Notes: generated from the letters alone by a model not told the origin. A stretch of 64,000 bases of DNA from Chrysomallon squamiferum (GCA_012295275.1 CM022670.1:31000001-31064000); one strand, 5' to 3'; shown: positions 38,844-52,850, counted from the first letter of the stretch. Program-made: numbers and translations.

Positions 38844-41800
38844 AACCATTTATATAGGTCTTCTGAAAGAGTCTTCAGGAAAACGAACAAAGTATACAGG
38901 TACATTCAGCATTAAATCTAAATCAGTCACAGCAAAAGGAAATGGCATTGTGGACTGCAAGAACACGGGAACATCGGTGAGAATACTCATCAACTACAAC
39001 ATCAAGAAGCTGTCTAAAAACAGAATCACATTCAATAGCAAATACACTGATCGAAGCACGAAGTCACTTAAGAAATATAAGCTCTCAGCGTAAGTAGAAT
39101 ATTCATTTAAGTGTTAGAAATATATTCATTGCTTAAAGTGTGTTAATATCCTTCTGTTGTCTCGTGCATAGAATCAGACATACACACAGACATGCACAAA
39201 CACATGCTAACAACACAGACGCACACACACACGTGCATATATACCACTCGTGCTAGAGACTCGCAGCAAACATCATAAATCTTGCTAATTAATAACAGGA
39301 TGTCTCTGTAAAGGTTATTAATTAATTTACTAGCAGCAGCAAAATAAATACACTACTGTTTGCTACCAGGAAAATGTCATTGAAGTTAATAAAATTCATA
39401 CAAGTATTTATGTTGTTTTAGTAACATGGAAACAGAGGTCAGACCAGAATTTAACTTCCACACGGAGGCGGATTTCACTCACAGTAAAACCAACACAGAG
39501 GCCTCTCTAGATTTCGTCTACGGAGCAAACAAAAAGAAAACCGATAACAGAATTAGTAGCTCTGTGATGCTGAACCATGTGTTAAATAAAAAGGCTGCCT
39601 CACTCGACTACAATTTAAGAGCCAAGTATCTTCCTCTGGTAAGATTAATATATTTGAAATATTTTGTTACAATAAAAATAGTTTATAAATAGTAACATAG
39701 CAGCATGTTATTAGTGGTTATAGTAACTATTATTACAAAAGAAGAAGAATATGTACTAGACAGAATAATAATTAATATCACAGAAATAATAATAGTTCGA
39801 TAACTCAAATTCCAAATAATTATCAATGACCAGCTTATCAAAACCAATAAGTTTAACTGTATAAAAAGCAATTAGTTACCCGGATGATCTAGAGTTTATA
39901 AACTGTAATCTCCTGCATAAATCCTTATAAATATATGCCAGCAATAAATAAAATACGAATTAATCATTTTCTTTTCAGAACATCGATGCCCAGTTGAAAG
40001 GTAACCACAAACACGATAGCAAATACCTAACATCAGCCATGACTTACACCAACGGTAAAACCACTAAAGTAAATGCAGGGTTAAATCTGAAGGATGAAAG
40101 TAAGAACCTAATGAGACTGTCTGGCGATTTCAATCTTGATTTTGCTGACACGTTTGTTTTTGTCAGCACTGAACTGAACCAACCTTCCAAAAAGCAGTTT
40201 AACCACGATATAACGTGGAAGGTTGGAAAAACAAAATCCAGCATTTTCACCAAATACCAAAAAGGTAAGAGCGATTCTTACAAGTTCAGCACCGACATTC
40301 ACATGTCTTCTCGTCAACCCATTAAAATAACCGTATCCACAGATCTTGATTATAATAATTTCAAAGCAGCTGGACAAATCATGAATGGAAAAGAAAAGTA
40401 TGGCATGAAAACAGCATATAAATATTCGGAAGAACCCCGAGGAAAATTTATGTTTGACCTCATGTGCCCTGAACGACAAATAACAGTAGACATAGATGGT
40501 GGAAAGCAGGGACTCTGGTACGAAGGGCAAATTGATGCTAAGTGGAACGTCAACAGAAACAATAAAGACAGACTGGTTCTGGATGGACGTCTGAACTGGA
40601 ATGCCCCACAGCTTGTTGATGGATCATTGTCGCTGAAATATCCTTCTAGAGTTGTACGAATAAATGTGAAGCACACCAACGACAAGAAATGCACCACTCA
40701 TGCTGATCTGTCTTGGAACTCAAGAGAACGAATCAATTTTGATGGCAGCGTTACCATAGATATGACCCCGTCAAGTCGAAACATGGACGTGAGCATGCAG
40801 CTACAAACACCATTCTCCATGATGAAGAGAGTTAAAGCTGAGTTTGGATTCGTGGACAACAATAGAGCATTTTCATCAAAAGCATCGTATTCACGCAATG
40901 GAGTATATGAACAGATGGCGACAAACTTCAACATCAACAAACCTATAACTCGCAGAAATATCGATATTTTCAGCAAAGTTACCACGACTTTGGATCTTTT
41001 CAAGACAGTAGAGGTTCAGATCACACACCAATTAGACTCGAAGTTGATAACCAAGGTTAAAGGTTCACTTGACAACACCAACATTGATGTATCACTGGCT
41101 GCCTCAGCAAAAGGAGATTCCTACAGACGTGACGTCGAAGCCTCACTGGCACTGAAGTCAAACATTCCTAAAATGGAATACGCTGCTTTACGGGTTTCCC
41201 ACAACGATGACGGCAGGAAGTTTGTGACTGACGTTGCTGTCGATTTCAATGGTCGAAAATGGTTATATGATTTGGATATGACTCATTACTGGGCCCAATG
41301 GCAATTGCAGAACAACGGCAAACTGACATTCTCAACTCCATATGGTAAAACAGTCAGTATCTGGGTACAACGCATCACTGACAAAGACATAAAGTCTACA
41401 TTCAGTTCTGACTGGGGTCAAGGTGAGTTCATTAGATTTGACTTTGCTGGCAATTTGGAAAATGTAGCTCAAAGGTGGAAGATCAACAGCAACATGATAC
41501 TACAAACACCTTGGATGCCTGTCAGAGATATTGAATTCGAACTGACAAATGAATATGGATCTGGTTTACTGCACAGTTCAACACGCCTAAATCAGAACCG
41601 AAGACAAAAATGGAATGCAGTTATCAACATAGTTCGTTCATCTGGTCAGGTTGATTTTGACATGAACATTATTTCTCCATTTGCTGATGAAATTACCGGA
41701 AAACTAAACAGCAGACACAACAGCTATCCCATGACAGGCCATGTCGATTTGTCTTGGTCACCCGAACAACGAGTATCCGCTGACGGTTCAGTAAATATTC

Positions 41801-44800
41801 AATCTTTGTCCAACATTTCTGGTAATATTCGAATTACTACACCTTTCAGAAACGCAGAGAAGTTAGTACTCCAGATTGCTCAAAAAAAGAAGGGCTCCGA
41901 ATACATTTCCACTGGAACAATTCAATATGGACTTAGAGACACCATTGAAATAGAAACCCGTGTTCAGCTAGATTCAAGAAAACGAATGTGGACAAAGATA
42001 TATACTCCTTTTGAAGATTTCAAAGACATTGAAGCTGGAATTGAATTCTTTGTCGAATCAGTGATGATCAGTGGAAAATCAAAAGTGTCCATCAAACCAG
42101 TTTTTGGTACATTGTCAGGACATGTAAGTTACGATTGGAGTTCTGATTTGGAGGCTAAACTAAGACTAGACACACCATTTGTACAGTTGCCATACCTTCA
42201 GATGCATGCTTCAAGAGTGAACACACCAAAGGGACAGCACATTAATGTAGAAGCAATGTACGATCCCAGAAAAACGATTACTATGGACGTCACCTACGAC
42301 TTCAAGGGGCCACTGTATCTGAAGGCCAGCGGACAGTCTCCTTACGAATACTTGGAACAAGCTAGTGTACTTCTGAGACATGCAAAAGGATTCAAAATAA
42401 TGCAGACATCGGCTGAAATCACTTATGGTAGGGACGCCAAACTTTCTGGTGAAATGAAGATGAACTGGGACAAAGACATAGATGGTTCTTTAGTGGTAAC
42501 AACTCCATTCCCAGGATATGAATACCAGAAAGTGTCGGCACACCACGAAGGAGACATAAACGACATGAAATGTCACGCCGAAATTGAAATGTTTGGAGAA
42601 AATCTTCTTGACGCTGATGTCGTTTACCAAAATGGAAACAAAAGATCTGGATACCTGTCAGTCAGCAGCAGCCGTTTCGACAAAGCAAAAGTTAAAGTTT
42701 CAACGAGAGGAGATCTGAACAACTTTAGAGCAACATCGTCAGTAACTTACGGATACAAGAAAATGTTGAGCCTGTTGCTGCAAAACAAACTATCTTCGAG
42801 GAAATTAAACTCTGTGCTGGCCTTAAAGACATGGTACATGGATGATCTCAATGCAGAAATTGAGTATGATGGAAACTTATCTAACTTCCATACGAAAGTA
42901 AGCGGGTCTCTTGGATCTGATAGAATCAACAGCGAAACATCTTTCACTCTGGTTGACTCATCTATTGATCTCACCACCACTCTACAGTACAATATCAATC
43001 GATATGGTAAACATCTTTCTCTTTCTGTTCGAAATAGTGGAGACCTTGATGACTTCAGCGCTTCTGCAATAGCTCAAATGGACAATGACCAAGTTCAGGT
43101 GCGAGGTACCTTCAGTACGAGAGACAGAATTCAAGGCAGCTTGACCGTCCAGACACCAGTGGATAGTTTCAGAGAAACAGGCTTTTCATTCACACACAGA
43201 GGCAGTCTTTCATCTTTTGTTTCAGAGGGTCAGGTCACGTACATGGATGGAAAAGATATTAAAGGCAAAATAAAATTCAGCATGTCTGATCCGAGACGGC
43301 CTGATGTTAAGGTGGAAGTACAAACACCATTCATGGAATATGAAAAAGCAGTTTTCGAACACACTCATCATGCTGAAGACAGAAGTTTGACTTCAAATAC
43401 AGCTTTTTCTTATGGCTATAACAAAAAGATCACTTCAGATGTCACCATATATCTAAAACCATTTAGTTTAGATCTCATGATAAAGACACCTTTTAATGGC
43501 TTTGAAATTACACGAGCAGTCCACAATCATGCTGGAACCTGGAAGAATTTCAATTCGCATTCTGAGATAGAAGTCGGAGAAAAACATCTGCAAGCTGAAA
43601 CAGGTTTTAACTATGGAACCAACACAAATGGAAATTTCGTTATCACGTCTAACATAGACCAGATTAGTAATGGAAAACTTACATTCAAAAGTAATGATGA
43701 CTTGAAAAATCTTGAATCCATAATTTCAGTTAGTCTTAATGAAATGACATTCGAAGTTGAAGCAAACAACCAGCTAACTGACAGAAAACTTCTCACAGCG
43801 GTTTCTATAACAACTCCATACACAGACAAACTAATGCTGAATATTAACCACAGAGGCAAATTATCCAACTTCAATTCCAAGGCATCCGTTGCTTGGGGTT
43901 TCCAGATTATCAGCGCTCAGGCTGCACTTCAAACCAGACCTTCCATCCATGGTACAGTCACTCTCCACACACCTTTCGAGAACTTCCGAGAGACAGGTTT
44001 TACCGTAAATCATAGTGGCGATTTGAAGAAGTTTGATTTCGACGGAACTCTGAACTATATGGACGGAAAATCAATAGAAGCAAACATTAACCATTCAGCA
44101 ACAGGTTTTGGGCGATATGAAAATGGTGACAGACATCTCATAACTGTGATCACCATCAAAACTCCATTCACTGATTCAGCCACACTGAAATTAAAGCATA
44201 CCGATGACGACTCTGGATTCAACACAGCTGGAACAGCTTCACACGGAAATGATGAAATGAACATTGTGTTACAACGCAGACTTGAAGATGCCTCAGTCAA
44301 GATCAATACTCCGTTCGCAAGCTTCAGAGATATTGGTGCTTCGGTAAGATTCTCAGGAGATCTGAACAGATTCTCTGCAGAAGGTCACATTCAGTATATG
44401 GACGGAAAATCCATCAACAGTAATATTTCAGGATCTGCTAACAGCATTCACAATATCGACATCAACATAGAAATCAGGACTCCATACTCAACCTTTGGTC
44501 AGACCGTACTGCAGCACAAACACAATATTCACGAAGATGGATTTGCACTCACCACCGAACTGCAAAGTGAACGCCAACAAAAACTGTTTATGGATATCAC
44601 AGGTACCCTTTCTCCAATTATCAGCATTAATGCAGTTTTGAAAACTCCCTTTTCGGGTTATGAGAACAACAAACTTATTGTCAGCCACGAAAATTCAGCA
44701 AATGTTTACAAGAGCAATGTACAGATAGAAACAGCCGGTAAAACAGCTAGCTTGGAATCCCTTCTGAGCAGTGAAGACACTAAAACAGCCAGTCTAGCAA

Positions 44801-47800
44801 TTAACACAAACATTGACGGAATTGAAAATATGAAAACAATGTTCACTTCCAGTGGTGAACTGACCAACTTCAAAATAAAGGCAGAATTGTCGTTAAATGA
44901 TAAGAAAGTTGAAGCAGAAATCTCCAATCGTATCGGTCAGCGCAGTCTAGACACATCTGTACTCATTAAGACTCCAATAACAGATGACATAATATTTAAC
45001 GTGGTTCACAATGGCCGTTCTTCAGGATTTACGTGTAAAGCCTCGGCATCAGTTAAACGTGATGTGCAGGGATCATTTTCTACAATGTACAGCAAGCGCG
45101 GAACGATTCTGAAACTAGAATCTGACGTCGATTACGTATTTGAAAGAGAAAGAAACAGGGCCAGTTTTAAACTGTTCAAAGAGGGAAGCATTGATGATCT
45201 TATGCTAAATGTAAAAGGCAAACTGAATAGAAAAACCATTGAAGTGAACAGCGTTCTGAAGTTAGCCGACAACATGCATGGAGAAATTAAACTCAGAACA
45301 CCATTTAGTCCATTCAGGAATACCGGTTTGTCTTTTGACCATTCTGGAAACACAAATCAATTTCAGTCTGAAGGTTGGATCAAATACATGGATGACAAGC
45401 AAGTATCCGGTAAAATTAACCACTACAATTACTTGTGGAAACGAATTGAAAGTAACATTGAAATCAACACTCCAATAATAGGCTATGAATTTACGAAAGC
45501 TGATTTCAGACACACGGCCGAAGAAAATTCAATGACATGCAGTGCTGGTGTGTACTACGGTAGAGGACAAGAAATAGTTGGAGAAATGACAGTTTCTCTC
45601 CAGCCAAACATTGATTTCTCACTCAAAGCTAAGACACCATTTTCTGGGTATGAACGCATGTCTGCTGACGCAACTTACACCGGTGTCTCTGACAAATATG
45701 TCCTTGACGGAAATGTAGATGCAGGAAATGGAAACAAATTTTCTCTGAATTCACATCTAGATTTGTCTGTGTCGCCACTTACTGCCTCGGTTAAAATAGG
45801 AACCCCATTTTCTAAATTTGACACAATGGATTTTTCAATTACTCACTCTGGTACAATTCCACGATCAACAACAAAAGTTTCGTTCAATTGCCCTTGCATT
45901 GGCAATATTGATGGAGGCGCCACGATTTTCCACACGAGTCTATTCGACTTCCACAGCAACATCTACTTGAACAGTGATATCAGATATTTAGAGAACCTCG
46001 CTTTTAATGCAAAATCAAGTGAAACCTCGGACACAAATAAATTCAACGCAGACATTGCCTGGGCACCTCGAAAACAAATAACATTAGAGAGTAGTTATAC
46101 GCATTCAAGTTGGAATGGAAATCAGTATGCTACTGAAATATACTTTACGTCTCCATTTTCTTCTGTGTCGCAATTTTCAATGAAAGCCGAACATGAATAC
46201 TCTGCTAACAAATATAACGGAAAGACGCAGGCCGACCTTAATGGTGAAACAATCTTCGACACTGATGTGGACTACGCTTTCAATGTACGACACGAAGCAT
46301 CAGTAAACATGCGCAAACCCAAACCAATGCGTTTCACTTTGTCGAGCTTGAAGGCTGACGACAGAAACATCGATAGCGACCTCTACTTCAACTGGGACAG
46401 AGACGAACCATTCAGCAACATTCGCTTCCAGACAGTTTACAACGATAACAGCGGACTCTACAATGTGATCAAAGATCTGAAAGTCAAATTGATCCATCCA
46501 TCACGAACCGTTGGAATTATTGGTTCCGTTGTTAATTCTGTACGCCAAACGAAGAGTCAAGGTGAGCTGATCTGGGATGAAGAGGAAGGTCAGAAACTAT
46601 CATACGATTTTTCACTTAATGACCGGAGCAGACGATACAGCAAAATGTACGATGGAAATCTGAAGTTTGGTCTTCCCATGCGAAGTCTCAAGATGTCAGG
46701 ATCTTACAGTGACAATGTCGAAACCAAGTCTGTAGATGGGTCGTTCTTCTGGGACGTGGACAGAGACCAGAGCAAAGAAATTGGTATGAAGGCCATCCTG
46801 TCTCCAAACAACCCCCAAAAGACAGCTGATTTTACTCTACGTTTACCTTCATTCGGAAAGGTATGTAATAAATATTAATATTCAACACAAAACATTTAAC
46901 TGCAATTTTTTTAAGTCAGATCATTTGAGGACGTTAAATTAAATCTGCGGAAGAACTGTCACACAAATTTAAATTTCATAAAATTAGAGATAAATTACAA
47001 ATTACTAGCATTTTAACATTTAAGTTTACTTTTCAAAAACATATATGAAACAGTTTCTAATTATAAAAGGATTATTATTATTAACATTATCTGATTATTT
47101 ATTTACTTACTTACTTACTTACCTATTTATTTACTTACTTATTTAGTTTTGGTCAGTTTGTATATATAAATTTTAATAAAATGTACAAGAAAAGGTTTCC
47201 AATAATACAAAATTGAATAATTATTCTGTTCTTATTGATTAGCATGAATGTATAAACTTTCAGGATGTCAAACTGGGAACAGAAGTAATGGTGAACGAAG
47301 GCCGCACGCTCTTCAACGGAAAGACAAGTTTCTCGTATTCTCCAGATACGAGAAAAACACTCACTCTTCTGTCTAAACTGGAGGACATCTCTAGCTCCGG
47401 ATCTACGAACTACAGTCTAATTCTTTCAGTTTCTCATCCTTACACAGACGTGGATGCTGAAGTGAAGTCACTTATTGGCTGGACCAGTGACAAATACTCG
47501 ACCATTATAGATTTGTCCTACTTGACAGCTCGACGCGAAATGAAAAATCTGGCACTGAGAGCAGAAATTGACAGACTCAGGAAACAAATCAATTTGGAGG
47601 TAAGAATTTTTATAATTTATAATTAGAAACTAAATGAGTTTGGAGGTAAGAATTTTGATAACTTATAATCTAAAAATAAACAGATTGGAGGTTAGCATTT
47701 TAATAATTTAGAAAACAAATCTGGAACAAATTTGGAGGAAAGAATTTAAAATTAAAATCATTTGTTAAATTTTTTATATATATGTAATCTATCAATCAGT

Positions 47801-50728
47801 TTATTTAATAACTCAATGATCGTGATATATATCAGGCTATTTTGAAGTTTTAAATTTCTAATTGATGCAAGAAATATCGAATGAAAGTCACAGCGGACTG
47901 GATACTATTTATTTGAAAAGATAGGAAAAAATGTTTTAAAAATACGTATCTAAGTAACACCATGTTAAGAAGTAACATTACGTCCGGACTCCGGATTGCT
48001 TCATGTAACACACACAAAAAATTACACGGTAAACTAGTTTTTAAGTTTAATATTATATATTATTATCCTCGGTACATGTTTACTCTTTATAAGAAACAAG
48101 CTTTAAAATATCCATATAAAATTATTTTATTTTAAAACTGTTCTAACACTCACTTTTAGTAACTATCATTCTACTTTTCTTTTCACTAGATGAACAGTCC
48201 AGAAAGGAAGATGGAGGTCACTGGAAAGATCAAAGATTCTAACCCATATCAAATAACAGTAACTAACCGTTTAGACGGAGATAACTTTGTGACGCACTTC
48301 AGTTTAGACACTGAGAAGAGATCCATGAATTTCCAGACCAATTACGATACGGGTGAGTAGGATGACAGTTTGTATACAATTTCAGTTAAACATTACAAGT
48401 TCATAATAAAATTGATACGAGTTTAGTTTAAGTAAAACACACTTAAAATAAAAACAACAAAATAATGATAATAAGAAATAAAATAAAAATGTGAATCACA
48501 GTTCGAATTGAAATAATAAAAAGAAAATATAATTTTTTTCCTCATTTCTGGTTGTGAATACCATCATTACCATCATTAAACGAAATAGAAAAAACAAAAC
48601 ATTACAAATATTTGACAATAAATATATTTGTTTGTGCAGAAAATCCAAGACACACGTTCCACGTTGAAGCTCGATACATCAACGATAGCGCCGTGCAAGC
48701 CACAGCCTACCACCGCAAGAACTACCGCCAGGTTGATGACAGCCTCTTCACAGCCAGACTAAACACATCCAGACTCCTCCACACTAGAATCCACTGGAGA
48801 TCAAATATTGTTTCAGATTTTCAGGTAAATCTATTTATTCCAGCTGTTCCCATACTGTCATTTGCGGGTCCATAAAGGTCCACAAAGATAAGTTACAGGA
48901 GCTCTTGAGCCAAATTCAAAAGGCTGCAGTGAAAGAAAACCAAAACATCTAATAGCTCACGGAAGTGCTGATAAACTTTCAAACTTTCATATATCTTTAA
49001 CTGCATATTCAGTTACATATCTGCGAAATGAGTTTGTTGTTAATTAATAAAATAGTATTACTGAGCAGAGAGAACTTTCAAAATCCATGGATCTGTTAGA
49101 AAATTGTGCTCTTTGGTTGTGAATGTTTGGGAACCGCCGGTCTCTTTTGTTATTATGTAATACAACAGATTGACTAATGGTTTTAAATGTATTTCTAAAG
49201 ACTTCTGTAAATAATGACAAAGGAATAATTTTAAATGTATAGGAGATTAACGCATCTGTTTACTTTCTTGTCATTATTTTCCATAAAATCGTTAACATTA
49301 AGTTGTTTTTTTGTTTTGTGTTTCATTTTATTTTTTCTCATGTAATAACATGAAGCGTAAAACAATAAGGAAACAAAACAGTAATTATTACAACAGTTCA
49401 CAACTTTTACAGAAACTTATACTTACTAAATTGTGTTGTTTCCCACCTACAGGGATTTATGATGCGCCAGGTTACGAACTTTGGAGACAACGCTGTCAGC
49501 AGACTAAACCAGATATCTTCCTCTTTTGGAGAAGAGCTTGAAGGAAAATACAGAAGAATTACCTCCCACATTAGCGAGGAAGTCCGACCCCTTATAGACA
49601 GCCTGGCAACTGAAATGGAATATATGGAAAGACAGATGATGAAAGTCATGCAAGAAGTTAGACGAATGCATAACAACAACGAATTCTATTTACAGGACAT
49701 GGGACAGACCTACTGGAAACTGATGTATGTATAACAAGGTTTCTTTAAATTACAATTTCAATTTGATTTGATCAAAATTCTTTCTAAATGAAACAAAAAT
49801 TAATCCATTAGAGAAAAACCTAACTGACGAATTCAGTTTAATCATTATTTAAACTGGATATAACAACCATTTATAAAAAAAAATATCCTTTATACCACAG
49901 TATCTTTCTGAAAATTATTTTAAAATGATGCACTAAATATGTAATAATGTATTTCAGTGATTCCTACAATGGGGCAATTAGTGCTTACAGAAATCTTCGC
50001 ACAGAGACAATACAAATTATGATGGATTTCCTGGAATCTATGAAATCGTATCCAGTCCTGGAAGAGTATAGACATATTGTTAGACAGTTTGTCAACACCG
50101 TTAAAGTACGCATCGTCAATAAATTGGAGCTTATTTATCAGATATTGTTTTTTAACTGACTATCAACAAAATTCAAACGATTAAATAAAGACTACAGTAT
50201 AAGAAGAATTACGAAAAGATATTCGATTCTTTATAGAAAACATTTTGGTCATTCAGGATTAGTTATTTATAACCGTAGTTCGTATTTTCATACAACAGTA
50301 AAAGAATAATTGATTATTGTGCTTAAAGTATGATACCGTTTTGATAGTTAATTTTAAATATATTTCCTCTTTATCCGTTTTCAAATAGTATTTTCTTTTT
50401 AAAGGATTTTGAAGCTACGTCAGTCAGACGTACAGTGAATGCCATTGCAGCGGTCGATGATACCTTGAGAAGTATTCGTAAAAACTACCGCATGAACTCA
50501 GATGAACTTTCCAACAAAATCATAGGTAAATAAACCTAACAGTTTATTTTAAGAACCTTTCTTCGTGTTCAGCATTTGTTTCATTTCACATAATGTAAGA
50601 AGTATTTTTATATGTATTCCCAACAGTATTTTTCAGTAATATATTATAATCTATAAAGATAAAACAAATTTCATTATAACGGCAAAAAACACACAAACAA
50701 AAAACAAAATACAAAAAACAAAACAAAT

Positions 50729-50812
<84 letters not shown>

Positions 50813-50895
50813 AATAAAAGCACAAAAGAAAATCAACAATTAAAACATCGAACTTCTCAAATAAATATATTTGTAAAGTATTTTATTAATAATAA

Positions 50896-50941
<46 letters not shown>

Positions 50942-52672
50942 GTTGTTGTTGTTGTTAACTTTCAGATTATCTGCAAACTGTACGAGATCAGCCAGAGAGG
51001 TATTTACCAAAAGCAACAAATGTACAGAACTACATCACAAGCTTCAGCAATTCTGTTAAATCATCTAATATGGCAGACGTTTTCACATCTGGTATCTACA
51101 GCGTTCACGATATGTTAAATTCTGGTCTTGCTTCAGTTATGAACAGCGACGACATTGAGCACGTAAAATCACTTGCCAACAACGTCTACCAAGAGGTAAT
51201 ATTATAATAACAATTCTTCGAAAGCACACATACATACGCGCGCGCACGCGCGCACGCACACGTATATATATAAGCGTGTATGTTCCTTTTTCTTTGTTTT
51301 CATATTATTATAACTTATGTCTGTCTTCAGGGTAAGTGGGCCTACAGCTACTGGCAAGTAGAAGAAAATGTCCAAAAACATCTGAAGAGCATCTTCGTCA
51401 TGTTGATAGAAATGGTGCAAGAGGAATTAGAAAACTACGAAGCCTACTTTGATATTCTGCACAAATCAAGAGTCACTGTTATGGATCCAGAACATGGCGA
51501 GATTCAGGTGGAGCTGTATTTACCACTTCCACTCCGGTCTCTAGACACTCTGCCTGAAGTGATGCCACATTTGCACAGATTTAAGGATTCAGTTAATCAC
51601 TACATTCCCAACAAAGCTACTTTCCAGAAATATTACGATGATGTAAGTGTTTTAATGTAATTAAAATTTATTTATTTTTTGTTTATTTGTTTATTTGTTT
51701 ATTGTTGTTGTCCTTAATGTATATTTTATTTTACGTTTCTTTCTTTACTTCTCGTTTTTTGTTATTATAATATATGAATACAAGATTATAAAATAAAAAG
51801 TCTGCTGTGCAGTTTATAATACAAGTAAACTGAATTGCGACAATTGAAAAAAAGCTAAATCCACTGAAGGACTGGAACGTTTTTATATGAAATGCTCATT
51901 ATTTTACTTTAATTAAAATCATCGTAATTCTTACAACCATGATCTTCTTGAAAACAGTTTTAGAAGGTATTAACTTATATTATTTTAGAATGGATGCATT
52001 TTATATTTTATCATTACTGTATTTTCATAAATATTGTTGGTTTTTTTTTGTTGGTTTTTTTGCAGTATTTCCCCAGCTCATTCTGGAACAAATCCAACGA
52101 CACTGTAAACAACGTCTGGAACAAAGAACTTAATGGGTGAGTCTGTCATATTTGTATATTATCGGCAAATGAATTACATAATATATTAATATTTTGAAAT
52201 GTTCGTCTCAGCTGAAACTCAGCTTAAATTACGTAAATATGTTTTTCCAGTAGCGCTTTAGAATTATGCAAAACGTTTATCAAAGAAACAAAACAGACAT
52301 GCACCCTTCAAACAACATTCTTTATTTGTTTTGTTTTTTTGTTTCCTTTTTCTTTTCGTTTTTTTTTTTTTTTTTCAATGCAAACTACAGTAATTATTTT
52401 TGAACTTTATATTAACTACAGATTTCCAAATTATTAGACTTTATTCCTTTGTCTTCCATCCATCCATTTTTCTGATTTTCTGTTCTCTCAGACATTCTTG
52501 CTTTCTTCAGTCCATCCATTTTATTTCTCCGTGTATTACGTTTAATATATTTTGATATGTTTTCACATAAACGCTGGTTAAACTATCAGTTAATTTTTCT
52601 TATATATTTATTTTCAGAATTGTTCAGAGAATGAATGTGAGGAGATTAACAAAGAGAGTAAGAAGGTTGTAA
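30020..52672 (+). CDS. Large lipid transfer protein B (apolipophorin/apoB-like), secreted, ~4271 aa, 29 coding exons; tandem paralog of LLTP-A
   Basis: Exons: 30020-30065 (signal peptide MQLWLLVVFVAGALA), 30616-30672, 30807-30967, 31391-31630 (GC donor), 31915-32067, 32430-32628, 33017-33272, 33643-33808, 34178-34507, 34673-35191, 35576-35919, 36206-36388, 36612-36873, 37223-37370, 37686-37943, 38227-38496, 38858-39089, 39422-39638, 39979-46860, 47264-47599, 48190-48352, 48640-48824, 49453-49724, 49958-50105, 50405-50525, 50966-51195, 51331-51642, 52066-52136, 52618-52672. Total 12816 nt. Many exon lengths are identical to LLTP-A (161, 153, 199, 166, 330, 183, 262, 148, 258, 217, 185, 272, 148, 121). 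Same LLT motifs (NFKRGVLSSIQN, DVTGKC, LRALGNAG, ELRVAAY, YSRNYE). Confidence 0.92.
39979..46860 (+). CDS. Giant exon 19 of LLTP-B (6882 nt, 2294 aa), amphipathic beta-strand repeat region
   Basis: Overlaps ORF 39994-46878, bounded by ttcag|AAC and AAG|gtatg. Colinear with the LLTP-A giant exon at both ends (KGNHKHD... to ...RLPS). Confidence 0.93.
47582..47750 (+). repeat. Four diverged ~46-bp tandem copies spanning the exon 20 donor of LLTP-B
   Basis: TTGGAG|GTAAGAATTTT with the post-GAG dinucleotide at 47600 (GT), 47646 (GT), 47691 (GTTAG) and 47738 (GA, dead). Confidence 0.8.
48841..49139. mobile_element. Possible degenerate hAT-type MITE in LLTP-B intron 22
   Basis: Left end CAGCTGTTCCCATACT vs rc of right end CGGCGGTTCCCAAACA (12/16), resembling CAGNGGTTCCCAAAC hAT termini. 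No 8-bp TSD is recognisable. Confidence 0.45.
50728..50818. repeat. (CAA)n(TAA)n microsatellite
   Basis: Trinucleotide run in LLTP-B intron 25. Confidence 0.9.
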
Positions 52673-52844
52673 CAATGGACAGTTAATCACATGCCACTCT
52701 AACCCCCTTGAAATTTATTCTGTTGTTAAAGAATGGACTCTACTAATATATGTTACAGTTTAACAGTTCAACAATCTTGCAGTTTTATACAAACAGCCAA
52801 AACAAAGAAAAGAAGATCCATTCCTAAAGATGTAGATTTAGATT

Positions 52845-52850
52845 AATAAA
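52845..52850 (+). terminator. Probable polyadenylation signal of LLTP-B
   Basis: AATAAA about 170 nt after the stop, followed by a T/GT-rich tract at 52867-52885. Confidence 0.55.

Noticed and set aside
42065-42075. TGATCAGT resembling the apoB mRNA-editing mooring sequence (TGATCAGTATA) in the giant exon
   Set aside because: The match is partial, there is no suitably spaced in-frame CAA upstream, and APOBEC1 editing is a vertebrate system.
47582-47750. CRISPR-like repeat-spacer appearance
   Set aside because: Eukaryotic intron, the whole unit is a degenerate tandem copy with no unique spacers, and there are no cas genes.
30020-52672. LLTP-B as a haplotype or assembly duplicate of LLTP-A
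   Set aside because: The proteins are strongly diverged and the introns do not align, so this is an old paralogy.
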